From NCBI GenBank assembly GCA_032718475.1, contig JAUCBJ010003386.1, positions 1 to 43,175 on the forward strand: a stretch of DNA of 43,175 nt, in the 5' to 3' direction. Position 1 is the stretch's first letter, and each line of letters begins with the position of its first letter. This document shows positions 1 to 11,556 of this stretch, piece after piece. Made by a program: the position numbers and the translations under genes. Source of the stretch: Nemertoderma westbladi (Eukaryota > Animalia > Xenacoelomorpha). Below the pieces are notes generated by a model. It saw nothing but the letters and a program-made list of their open reading frames with translations. It did no database searches and had not been told where the DNA came from.

Positions 1-479
1 ATCACCCTCACTCCTCACACAATTTTATCTCTCGGACTTTGTTGTCCCTTCCTCTCTCACTAATCCCATAGGAGTCATCCCCCTCCACGCTCGCTCCCCA
101 CGCTTGAATCTCGCACTCTACTTCGCCATACCCTCCCTAACACCTCCTCCCCATGCTCCTCCCATACTCAACCCGTTTCATTCCCACTCACTTCTGTTGG
201 GCCTCACATTCTCGTTTATGCCGTCGCACTCAAGAAGTGAAAGTCCGTCCAATGTCTCGTCCTCCTGTTTCAGTCAATTAGTCCCCAGTCCCAGTAGCTA
301 ATTGGAAAATGTTATATCTGACTATAGTATGTATATTATGCTTTCTTTAATATTGATTGATTACCTACGTACTTAGTAATTGCATTTATGTTAATTGCAT
401 CTAGGAATTATTCGTACTGGTCTGTCCATGCGGTGCCTTCCAAGGCACGTTGACATCGCCTGTAATCAGTCTTAGAGTT

Positions 480-2124
480 TTATATTGCTCCTCCCGCACC
501 CTCTGGGAACCATCTCAGTTCCTTACCCCTGTCGTCGTCCTGCCTGGGTCGCTTCTTCCCTTCCTGTTTACTCTGGTTTACTTCCTGTTTACTGGTAACG
601 GTATAGACAGTTCTTTTGCTGATGGGTTAGTCTCCCCTCTAGTCGCAACCGTCTATCACTGTCTCTCGACCCAAGTCGTCCTTGGCTCCACGTAGCCTCC
701 TGGGTCTGTGGAGCCGCTGGTAGGTAAACATCTCGTCATTGTCTTCCCTACCCATATCGACGTCCTCCTCCTCCCTCGGCATCGTTTCTCCAAACACTAC
801 CCATGGTGCCGTCCCCGGTTGCTCACCCAGTCGGATCGTGTTCACTGCGAAGTCCGTTGCCGGCTCCACGTGCTCCCAGGTCTGCTTCCCAGGTGCCAGG
901 ACCAAAACTCTTGCCCCGCTGGCTGTCACCACTCTCCCATCCACCCAGTCCGAGTCCGAGTGGCCTATCTTCTCCATCGGTGGCATCGCCCCGAACTCGT
1001 CCCGGGTCGAACTCCTCCTCTTCCCCCGCCGGGACCTGGATCCAAACCTGGGATTCTGATGAATCCACTGTGTCCCTTTCCGGCCTGGTATTCGCCCGTG
1101 GCCTTCCACCTCCCTCAGTCTCTTCCTTCCGAAGTCACCCTCAGACTCCGCAGGCATGGACATTCTTGCAGCACCGATGTAGACTGTATTGGTGTCTCTT
1201 CCATCCAACCCAGCTCGTCCCCCAGCCGAAACTTGCCCGAGGTCTCTTCTGATATATCTTTATCGCTCCTTTCCGGAAGTGATATAGCTCCTCCTTCCCC
1301 GGTCTTGCTCCCCATTTGAGTGAGTTTGAAAGTTCCGCTCCGTATTCCTCCCAGAACTTGTTCCACTCCATCGGCTTGTGGCAGACGAGTCCCATCAGTT
1401 GACCCATTGCCAAGGCTCCGTAATGTCCCGTGTTGTCCTCCAATCCCAATCCGTCTGGTTTCATCATAGCCATGTAGACTACCTGCATGTCCAGAAGATT
1501 CGGGGTGCCCAGTCCAATAATCCTGTCTGCGTCGCCGTGTATCCCCGATCCCACCTTGACTGTAGTCTTCAACCTCACTAGCTCCTGCACCGCGCTCGGC
1601 AACCGGTTTAACTTCTGCCCGCTCCTCTTCCCGTAGGTCCCTAGGTCGAATAGAAAGAAATCTCCGTTCGGCGCCGCTAGGTGCAGCAATATGGTTCTAG
1701 CCGATCCTCCAAACCTTCTCGAGCACGCATCATACTCCACAGTCTCTTCGTCGCCTAGGACCATGTATCCACCCTTCTCCACGGAATCTACAAACCTCCT
1801 CCACTCCTTCCTTGGTGGTTCCCTCGGGTACTTCAGTACCCCGAACCTAGCCTCTTCCCCTTTTACAACGTAGCGAGGATGCTCGTCGATCGCGTTGTCT
1901 AATGATGGCGTCCCGTAGGTCCCGACCAGTCGTCGTTCGTGCATCTCCCTAAACTGATCCTGTAGCGCGTGCGCTTTGTGACCCTTCGGGAGTGGTTTGT
2001 AGTATCCCTTTGTCTTGTTCTCCGGATGCCTCAGCGTGAAATCCACTAATAACTCCTTTTTACTCTTCTCCAATTTCCTCTTCTTCACTAGTACCTCCGC
2101 CATCACGAATGCACTCACTCTCAC
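480..2124 (-). pseudogene. DEDDy (WRN/EXD-like) 3'-5' exonuclease domain reading frame, disrupted in its 3' half
   Basis: ORF 1141-2124 has VLGDEE (ExoI DxE), ILLHLAAPNGDFFLFDL, LPSAVQELV..KVGSGIHGDADRI (ExoII) and LLDMQ in the order typical of DnaQ-like WRN/EXD exonucleases. No ExoIII YxxxD follows KWGARP. Coding-like sequence continues in other frames (1115-1366, 639-1208) and through stops. A branch-point/acceptor-like cctaactgagcctttctaag lies at about 2139-2158 on the minus strand. Confidence 0.6.
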
Positions 2125-2589
2125 TGAACTGGTGGGGCCTTAGAAAGGCTCAGTTAGGTAAGAGTGTTACTAAATAAGATCTTATTAGCTTTGATCAGCG
2201 ATGGCCTGCTTCCTATGTGCTATTTTTGCTACCTTTTAGTACAAATATTCCCCTATGTGTCAATTTTTGCTCCTAATTTACAATTTTGTCCGTTGCTTTT
2301 ATTAGTGAGTCTAGAATTTTCCTCCCCAGTTGCTATAATTTTATTATTTTGTTATTATTTTATATTCTCCCCTATATGTGCTATTATTCTATCTCCTACT
2401 TGATTACTACATAAGTAATCCATTCCTGCTTGTATACAGAGAAGACTAGCTACAGTTTTCCTATTGTCATACCAGCTTACTACCAGACAGTCTGCTGGCT
2501 CTGTAACAATACCCTATGTCTGTACTACGGGCTATGCGCTACAGTAGTCTAGTTCGTGCGGCCTACACGATCTATTCTACTACGCCTAC

Positions 2590-3140
2590 ATACCCCCCTC
2601 GACTCCACATGTGGCGCCCTCAATGCCCACAATAGTACATATTACGTATTAGTTATTAGTCCCATTGACCCGGCTTGTGCTGGTATTTATTACGTACGTT
2701 GGCACATTGTGCCCATCAGATGTACGCAATGTATACCCCTCCCAATCCTCACTATGGTACTGTGTACCCTCTGCTACAGTATGTGTACATACCCCCCTCA
2801 ACTCCTCACGTGGCGCCCCCAGTGCCCACAATAGTGCGTATTACATATCTACGGTACTGTGTGCCCTTCTACTACAGTATGCGTATATACCCCCCCCCCC
2901 CCCCCCCCCCCCTCAACTCCTCACGTGGCGCCCTCAGTGCCCACAATAGTGCGTATTACGTATTTATGGTACTATGTACCCTTCTACTACAGTATGCATA
3001 TATACCCCCCCCCCCCCCCCTCAACTCCTCACGTGGCGCCCTCAGTGCCAACAATAGTGTACTAGTGGTGCGTATGTAAATTAGGTACGTTGGTAAATTT
3101 GTACCCATCCGACGTACGTAATTGTAACTCCCCTACACCT
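2590..3140. repeat. Minisatellite-like tandem repeat, about 110-120 bp unit with variable poly-C tract
   Basis: CCTCAACTCCTCACGTGGCGCCCTCAGTGCCCACAATAGT recurs at about 2597 (diverged), 2796, 2911 and 3019. The intervening sequences also resemble each other, and 2693-2750 resembles 3085-3140. Confidence 0.9.
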
Positions 3141-5011
3141 ATCTACCGAAAGCGTACCTTGGTACTAGTATTTACTACTTATTTTTATTTTATTTATTTA
3201 TTTTATTTTTTGTTTTGTTGTTGACTAACACTGTATTAATCTTAATATTTCTGCAAAATTTATTTGCTCGCTACGCTCGCCTTTTAATATTTTAATACTG
3301 TACTGCTGTAGGTCTGCTGCAGTACAAACTCATAAATTATTACAATATAATACTGTCAGGCAGTACCGTACCTAATAATTGCAAAATTTCTTGGTCAGTT
3401 GGTGAATGGTTGGCTGGTTGGCGCGCATTGAATGTCATGGCTGGTGCGCTTTTCGTTTTACCAGAACCCGTGTGGCGCGCTTTTTGTCAATATTCCATAT
3501 AGGCGCGGATCACGTCTGTCACGTTGAAATGTTTTTTTTAGGTGTGCGTGGGGCTTTCTCGGATTGTGTTTGGATCTGGGGGTGAGGGGGGTGGTGGTTT
3601 GGTCACAGCACTGGTTACTCATAATCATATTATCATTATCATGAAGGTCACCATCACCTTACTAGTCTTTGACTACAAGATATGGAGGGGGGGGGGGGGG
3701 GGGGTACTACAGGAGGAGTCATGATGATCGGGTATAACTTTTGCGTAGAGGTATAGCCTACATAGAGGCTACATGTAGGTATGTGTAGCCTACATGTAGA
3801 TGCACGTGTAGGGTGAATGTAGGTAGGTCTTTAAAAACAACAATGATGAATGAATAGGCCTACACGGGGTACCCGGACACGAACTTCCTCGATGAGATGC
3901 GAATGCGGCGAACGGGGGTGGTACCCGGAACAACCACGAAGAGACGCGCATATGGCGGGCGGTGGTACCCGAGACAACCAGGAGGAGATGCGAATACGTT
4001 GAATGGGGGTCCCCTGAATACCCACGAGACGGAGCCTATCAATACTACTACTACAGTACTGACAAAGGAAAAAACGACTGAACGTTATACCGATACATAC
4101 TGTAGATCTTATGATCCTGCGGGTTCAGGCATGGAGGCTAATGACTTTGTATGGGCCGAACGGCCGAACCTGATGTTTCCAGTCAAGGAGGAATCGACTA
4201 ACGGTTAGGGTTAGAGCTCGTCGTCGGTGTCCACGAGGGTCTGAGGATGAGTGGGTAATTCAACAAAACGCTAACAATGATACCGGACTGACTGATTGAA
4301 CCAGAGTGGCGATGGTAGTCGCTGATGTATATATATTATATATATCATGTATTGATTGTTAGTAGATATTTTTTTATAGTATTTGTTTATTAAATTGTCT
4401 TCAATGTCTATATTGATAATATTGTGTGCTGTGCTGATTTTACTTATTTTTCATTTTATAAATCTTGCTGTGGCCGTTTTAATCTACTAAACTGCCGTAT
4501 CAATTTCATGATATTTTAATGGATATGCAATTTAACTTCTTCTTTCTATTAACTTTCAATGCAATCAAATATAACTGTAAAGCTATTGACTTTCGTGTTA
4601 TTGTTTTGCTGTTACTTCGAGATGGGATTTGAATCCCATCGGATTACTGATTAATTCCCATCATCGAGATGGGAATACTTTATAATGAAACAGTGTGGTG
4701 GTCCGCGGGATAGTGGGAAGGGATGGGACTGTTGCTGGTTGGTGGAATGTGACTGCCTGAAAAATTAAAACAAACAAAACTTCCAGACTTCTATATTTTT
4801 ACTTTCAAAACAAAACGTCCAAAACATTTCAATGCTGAAGTACTGTTCAAGTCCCATGGATGTATGGTTGATAGACAGATAAAGAGGGGCAGAGGGGGGT
4901 CAGGGTTTCTGGTAGACTATATAGACCCGCGATGATGGCTGTTCTTGTTTAGGTTACTCTTACTCAATAAACATATAAATCAGAACGAGTTAATCTAATG
5001 GAACGATGCCT

Positions 5012-5274
5012 TTCGTGGCGTTAGCATACTCAAATTTATTAGGGCATAATATTTATGACGAGTAAGGGACTTTAGTATAATCAGAACGCGATGTTTGATA
5101 TTTATACAGTATACTGCAATCAACCTGCAGACATGTCTGCTGTCAGACAACAGGTTTTACTGCATACTGCAGTATACTGTATAAATATCAAACATCGCGT
5201 TCTGATTATACTAAAGTCCCTTACTCGTCATAAATATTATGCCCTAATAAATTTGAGTATGCTAACGCCACGAA
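5012..5274. repeat. Long inverted repeat (107-bp arms, 49-nt loop)
   Basis: 5012-5118 is the reverse complement of 5168-5274. Confidence 0.95.
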
Positions 5275-5295
5275 TGTATGTATGGGTGAATGTAT

Positions 5296-5516
5296 GGGTG
5301 AATGTAGGTAGGTGTAGTCCCATAGATATTAATGTAATTTATGTGTCAACTTGCAGTAACGTGATACACGGTCGTCAATCAGGATGTATGGAAATAATCT
5401 CTGATCATCAGAGATTATTTCCATACATCCTGATTGAGGACCGTGTATCACGTTACTGCAAGTTGACACATAAATTACATTAATATCTATGGGACTACAC
5501 CTACCTACATTCACCC
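5296..5516. repeat. Near-perfect palindrome (110-bp arms, 1-nt centre at 5406)
   Basis: 5296-5405 pairs with 5407-5516; one mismatch seen (5374/5438). The ORF track shows near-identical peptides on both strands. Confidence 0.95.
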
Positions 5517-5958
5517 TACACGTGCATCTACATGTAGGCTACACATACCTACATGAAGCCTCTATGTAGGCTATACAGCTATACCTCTACGCAAAAGATA
5601 TACCCATGATGATCCACTACACACTATACTGCTATAATGTATCTGTATCGTATCTGGTTATATATTTCTGTATTTTGTTAGTTGGTAGTATAATAATATT
5701 AATAAGTATTAAATAGGCGTTCTGCCAGACTGAAATTAGCTGCAATCTGCGCTACTTGCAGACTTGGTACATAATGACGCAGTACCGGTAATACAGTAGG
5801 CCTAACAAAATACTGAAATAATCATCAGATCATTCCACTCCAACTGCAAACTGTAGTATACTATACTGGTATACGTACGTACAGACGTACCGGTATCATA
5901 TCAAAGGCCTAATTGAATTTTGCAATTACCGGTAACAAGGCAACTGATAAACAGATTA

Positions 5959-6486
5959 ATGGCTAATTTTCAACTTCCGGAAATCCAAGTGAATCCATCT
6001 GGATGGGGCCCGTGTACGGTACCTCAGAAATTCAAAGACAAACCGTACCAGCCGTTCTCCAAAGGCGACCGGCTGGGTAAGGTTGCGGACTGGATGGGTT
6101 CAGTGTACCAAGACCGTCGCTACGTCAGTAAGTATTCGTCTCAGTTCGGCGGCGGTCAGCAGTACGCGTACTTCCACGATGAAGACGAGCATTCCTTCCA
6201 ACTCATCGATTATACGAAGACGCAGAAACCGATGTACCAACGGAATCAGAGGTTCCGGTTCAACCAGCAGAGGTTGCGGCGCCAGCAGCAGTTGGCCCAA
6301 CAACGAGGCGGTGTTGACATTAGGGGCAATTTCGTGGGGCTTAAGAAAGGCCAGCAGGCTGGGGACGGGCGTGGGAAGACTACTCAACAGCAGCAGCGGG
6401 GGCGTTGGGGTGGAAACCGGGGTTGGGGACAACGTCGATGGGACCAAAGAGGGCAACAGAAGACCAACCGGGAAGCCTCGGTTCAG
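5959..6486 (+). CDS. EIF3D: Eukaryotic translation initiation factor 3 subunit D, coding exon 1
   Basis: ATG 5959 starts MANFQLPEIQVNPSGWGP..PYQPFSKGDRLGKVADW..YSSQFGGGQQYAYFHDEDEHSFQL, the eIF3d N-terminus. Phase-0 donor CAG|GTAATA at 6486/6487. Confidence 0.96.
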
Positions 6487-6560
6487 GTAATATTCAGATA
6501 TTTGAAATATTATAAGTCTACCAGTCAGCCAGTTACCAGTCTACCGGTTCAGGATATTAG

Positions 6561-7420
6561 CGGAGGCCGATCTTTTTCTTATATATCACATTATTCTGTT
6601 ATTGTCATAATATTTTCTTAGGAACTTCTTAATTGCTAATTTGGTTAGGTGGTTCTCTTTCTGGAATTTTTATATTGCTGTTTCCAGGGTAACCAACCGG
6701 GTGCAAAGTTCAAATTTTAAGCGCCTGTATTTCAAGGTATTGCTGTATTGTGTTCATCAAAATGTGATATATTTCCATTGTGATGGGTATAATAACTGTT
6801 TGTTTAAGTATGATAATATGCCATTGTGTCCTCCAGCTAAAAATTGGGTAATAATTTACTATTTACAGATTTATATAATTCGACATGCCTGAGGCAGGTC
6901 CTTTTTTCCTAATAATTGCTAACCGAAATTTAATATTCTGGAATGTAAGATTCATGCACTCACAACTCTTGCTCTCTGAATGGACTGTTTTATTTCTTGT
7001 TACATTAGTGAGTCTGAATAGTGACCCTTAAGTACTGACAAACCGAATAAAAATGGCTGAATGGTGCTTTACGATGTGTAATTGGTAGACAATTATTCAT
7101 ATTTGTCATTATACTTATTACCATGGCAACGGGAATTTAAACAAATTCAAAGGTAAAATATTTTGATAGACTTTTATTCCCTTTACTCACCTACCAAATC
7201 TCAAGAACAGAATCCCTCGTCGTCTTGAATTGCAGGCGCTTAAAATTTGAACTTTGCACCCGGTTACCTTGGCAACAACAATACGACAATTCCAGAAAAA
7301 CATTTTATTACATTTCTATAATCAATCATCATATCCACCGAAACAAAAGTAGCATATAAGAAGTTTCTAAGGAAATATTATGAAGAAGAAGAAAATTAGA
7401 TAGGAAAAATGTGTGCCTCC
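6561..7420. repeat. Diverged inverted repeat pair (MITE-like) inside the eIF3d intron (intron 6487-7687)
   Basis: About 6561-6735 vs about 7224-7420 inverted; best core CCGGGTGCAAAGTTCAAATTTTAAGCGCCTG is present on both arms. Confidence 0.75.
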
Positions 7421-7687
7421 TGGGTTAGGTTACCTAACACTGGTAGAGGAGCATCCAGCAGTCCACTATAGACAGAGGTGCGTGCATTTCTATTGCAGAT
7501 GTATATACTCATGCCTTTGCCTCCAATGGTGCCCCGGGCACTGTAGCCCTCGATGACTTATTTAGTTGACGCGGCATACGAACCCACTCTTGGGACCCTG
7601 ACATTACCAGACCTAGTATAATATACAAGTGTATTACTCGTGTATATTATTAAATAACTATAAATATTCAACTTAACTTGTTTCCAG

Positions 7688-8830
7688 GTAAAGGATGACT
7701 GGGAGATTATCGAGGAGATGGACTTCCCTCGCCTCTCTAAACTCAAGTATTTCTCTGTCGGCGACGCCGAGGACATCCTAACTGCCGGGGGTCTCATGTT
7801 CTACGACAAATCCTACGATAAAATAAACACGAAGACCGAGAAGCCGCTGATCCGAAGCGATAAAATCTTCCACACGGTGACGACCACGGACGACCCTATA
7901 ATCCGTAAACTCGCTCGCGAGGAAGTCGGCACGGTGTTCGCGACGGACGCGGTACTCGTCGCGTTGATGTGCGCCACTCGCTCCCACTACAGCTGGGACA
8001 TACTGGTGCAGAAGATAGGCAGTAGAATATTCTTGGATAAGCGGGAGCACAGCGATCTGGATCTACTGACAGTGAACGAGACTGCGGCTGAACCTCCTAA
8101 CGAAGATAAACAACATATGAACTCGCCGGGGCATCTCGCGGTAGAGGCCACCTACATCAACCACAACTTCAGCCAACAGGTGGTCCGCGGCACGCCCCAC
8201 CGCATGGCTCGCTCCAACCCCTTTATAGAGGAGGCGGACGACGCCGCCAATGTAGCGAGCGTCGCGTACCGCTACCGCAAGTGGAACCTTGGGGGCGGTG
8301 TGGTGCTGGTCGCGCGGTGCGAACACGACGCTGTGCTGGCGACCCCCAGCGGGGACCTTCAGTACGGGTTGATTCGGTGTCTCAACGATTGGGACACCAA
8401 GGCATCCGGCAGCGAGGACTGGCGAGCCAAACTCGATATGCAGCGGACCGCGGTTTTGGCGACGGAGTTAAAGAATAATAGTTATAAGCTGGCGAAGTGG
8501 ACGCTGCAGGCATTGTTGGGGGGTAGCGAGTTCCTCCGACTGGGTTATGTCTCGCGGGTTCACACCAAGGACTCGTCCAAACACGTGATCCTCGCTGTGC
8601 AGCAGTTCAACCCCAGGGATTTCGCCTCGCAGATTAACCTGCATCTGGACAACGCTTGGGGCATTCTCCGATGCGTGGTCGACATCTGCGCGAAACAGAA
8701 AGACGGTAAGTACCTCATCCTAAAGGACCCCAACAAACCGGTCGTCCGACTATACGATATTCCCGACGATACTTTCGAGTCCGATAGTTCCGATGGTGAA
8801 GACGACAACGGCGCTTCTGATACTGAGTAG
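7688..8830 (+). CDS. EIF3D: Eukaryotic translation initiation factor 3 subunit D, coding exon 2
   Basis: Acceptor TTTCCAG|GTA at 7687/7688 joins in frame: REASVQ|[16 protein letters not shown]. Contains [59 protein letters not shown] and an acidic tail; TAG 8828-8830; AATAAA at 8983. Spliced product 556 aa. Confidence 0.97.
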   Translation, partial: VKDDWEIIEEMDFPRLSKLKYFSVGDAEDILTAGGLMFYDKSYDKINTKTEKPLIRSDKIFHTVTTTDDPIIRKLAREEVGTVFATDAVLVALMCATRSHYSWDILVQKIGSRIFLDKREHSDLDLLTVNETAAEPPNEDKQHMNSPGHLAVEATYINHNFSQQVVRGTPHRMARSNPFIEEADDAANVASVAYRYRKWNLGGGVVLVARCEHDAVLATPSGDLQYGLIRCLNDWDTKASGSEDWRAKLDMQRTAVLATELKNNSYKLAKWTLQALLGGSEFLRLGYVSRVHTKDSSKHVILAVQQFNPRDFASQINLHLDNAWGILRCVVDICAKQKDGKYLILKDPNKPVVRLYDIPDDTFESDSSDGEDDNGASDTE

Positions 8831-9267
8831 TCGGGTTAATATGTAGTTTGTTTTACTATATTTCATTAAATGATGTTATTTTGGGCTTTTTGTCCGAAAC
8901 ATTATTGTTGTTGGTGTTGAAATATTTCATGGATTATCGTGGCTTCTTATATTTCTGGACAATTAATATTGAATTGAACGTAAATAAATTACAAACCTGG
9001 TGTTTTTACCCTTGTGGTTGCATTTGGTGAATTGAACCTCGGGCAGGAAACGTAGGGCGCCGACTGAGGGTTAACCCAACCCTCGGGTAATAACCCTTCA
9101 GATGATGCACCAATGTGTACGTCATTGTTTTATATATCCATATAGGGTGATTACGTGTTGGTTAGAATGAGACTAATTAAAGTTTACTCAAAAAAAATTA
9201 GAAAAACTCATACTTTCTGCACGAAATAATTTACTTTTTGACCATGTTGCTGCAACTTTTTAATAGT

Positions 9268-11556
9268 AACTATTTACATCATTGTTTATTTATGTACCGA
9301 GCGAGCGCAGCGAGGGAGGTTTCCATAAATAAACAAGGGTCTCTTCAAAAGTGACCTTTGCACACAATGATGTATGTAATTTTGATACATTATGCCAACT
9401 TATCAGCGTTCGGTATGTGAAGAAAGGATTTTATGGATACTCATTTATGCATTTTAATCATGTACTATATCGAATATAAGTTAAATTTATTAACAGGTAC
9501 ACAGTATTAATTATACATTTAAATCTAATTAAAGTTTATTGGAAGTTATCTCGACTGCATAGATGTGATAAATCGGTAATCCATCTTGACTCGACAATAC
9601 TGTATGGTCGACTGAAGCAAACTGAGTCACCGTCGCGTCTATGTCACTCCAGTTTTAGTGAACACCATCGCCATATTTTCTTTGCTCATTTTCTCTAAAA
9701 TGTCTTCTATATGACGTGGAATACAGTCTTACACGTTAAACAATTATTTACATACAGTAGGCCTAGCTAGTCCCGTCACTTCAAACTGGGCACACGCATT
9801 ATGCAAACACGTGCTGCTTTATTGAATAAAGCAGCACGCATTAATGGAAATAATGCATTCTAGAATACGGTAATTGAAGTTGTATCCATGTTATTGATTA
9901 CTTTGCAGCGTTACGTCCTATAGGCCGCAACGCTGCAAAGTAGTACTTTGCAGCGTTGCGAGTAATTCATCAGAACGCTGATAAGTTGACATAATGTAGC
10001 AAAGTAATTATATTCCACTGCAACATCTTTAAAAACTTTTATTACATCACATTTTTATGTACTAGCTGATATTAGATAATTTGATAATACAAATAAATGA
10101 TTGACATGTTAACTAGGTTCTTCTGATACACAAACTATATATCCATCAATAAATAAAACAAATTATTATAGAGTAAGTGCATTAAAACGTGCCGGAATAT
10201 GTACAGTACATACAGTAGGCCTATATTGACATCAGCTGTCATGTGTAATATAAGCAAACTCCACCAAAATATTGTGCAATTTCTTTCTGTAACCTTTATT
10301 ATATCACTTAATCTCATAAGTGCGATTGGGCGACAAGCATACTGTAGCTTATGGTGGCCCTCTCGCTCTGGAAGATATAAACAAATTTATTGCACTGACA
10401 GGACACAGACAAATAAAATGCAATATTGTGCAATTGACTCTAGTTTATTGTTTTGATTAGAATACCGCATCTCTGTTTTCAACTCAGCTCCCTTATTTAG
10501 TTGACATTGTTCATGTTCACTATTCAAAAGGGCCACCAAGCTCCGTATTGATTGCATATAATTGATACAACATAGGCCTATTATAGGGCTTTACTTTCAA
10601 GTGCTAAAAAGTACCCAAAAGCATCAAAATAGCAAAACGCCATTCTAAATTTTCAATGTTTAACAAAGTTTCAAAATTTCGTTTCGTTTGTGTCTGTTAT
10701 AGATTCGTCAACACATTACTGCCTAAACACACAATGGGGCACAACCATTGCAGGTTAATAAACTATGTCAATTTTCAATGAAGGGGAAAGATAAGGATGA
10801 GGACAGTGGTCGTACAGCCACTGTCCTAGGTTATTCGAACCAAAACAATAAAAGTAGAACATTCATTTTAGTATTAACTAATCGATTTTTGTTATTTTTT
10901 GTTGGGGTTTGATGACATCAATAGTTCTCTCCTCTTATCTTCAAAAAGACAATATATACTGTACCAGTATGTAGTACCTCCTCTGTGGAACATCTTAACT
11001 TCGATATTTCGTAGTGTATTATCCCAAATCATCGAATAATTATTCAGCCATTTTCTTCGACATTATTTTCGGACTAATGTTCGTGTCATACCAATTCCAC
11101 GGCTACAGTAAAAATTGCTATATTACTGCTTTGATATACTGTAGATTAGCCCACGTATTTTTAAGAAGGGTTAACGTGTACTGTAATCCATTATGTCTAA
11201 ACGCCCAATATAAGACAGTTTAGTGTTAAGTGTGCCTTCCATCAGTAAAATAACCTACGATAATGCTTTCAAAGATTTCGTCGATTCACGGAGACTGATG
11301 CATCAGATGAAAGCAATTACTTATAATAATAATTATTAATTTGGTTAAGTCGATCAAGGTCAATATGGATCAAAGATTTATCACATCCAAACGAAACAAT
11401 AAACCTTAACCAATATAAAACAAAATTACGTACATCATTGTGTGAAATTGTTTATTTATGTAAACCGCCCTCGCTGCGCTCGCTCGGTACATAAATAAAT
11501 AAACTCGGGTCATAACGCTGCAAAGTGCTACTTTACATACAATGATGTAAATAGTT
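9268..11556. mobile_element. Unclassified inverted-repeat-bounded element or inverted pair of repeat copies
   Basis: AACTATTTACATCATTGT..TTTATTTATGTACCGAGCGAGCGCAGCGAGGG (9268-9317) is inverted at about 11430-11556. Internal inverted pair about 9387-9411/9973-9998 and repeated TACTTTGCAGCGTT. No TSD identified. Confidence 0.5.
10920..11180 (+). repeat. Dispersed repeat, copy 1 (copy 2 at about 16620-16880)
   Basis: Shared GTGTATTATCCCAAATCA..TTCAGCCATT and CACGGCT(A/C)CAGTAAAA blocks in the same order. Confidence 0.7.

Larger units (their letters stand above)
3730..5605. mobile_element. Non-autonomous Mutator-like (MULE) element, about 1.9 kb
   Basis: TIRs of about 100 bp (3730-3828 vs 5499-5605, GGGTATA...TATACCC) and an exact 9-bp TSD ATGATGATC at 3721-3729 and 5606-5614. 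No transposase ORF. Confidence 0.85.

Noticed and set aside
708-1319. Plus-strand ORFs overlapping the exonuclease region
   Set aside because: Pro/Ser/His-rich antisense shadows with no recognisable motif.
2590-3060. CRISPR-like array beside a nuclease ORF
   Set aside because: The intervening sequences are homologous to each other rather than unique spacers, the context is eukaryotic and there are no cas genes.
4203-4215. Telomeric TTAGGG
   Set aside because: Only about two units; not an array.
5091-5514. Matching peptides on both strands
   Set aside because: A consequence of the DNA palindrome, not genes.
5920-6621. 233-aa ORF as listed
   Set aside because: It starts at TTG upstream of the conserved Met (5959) and reads into the intron after 6486.
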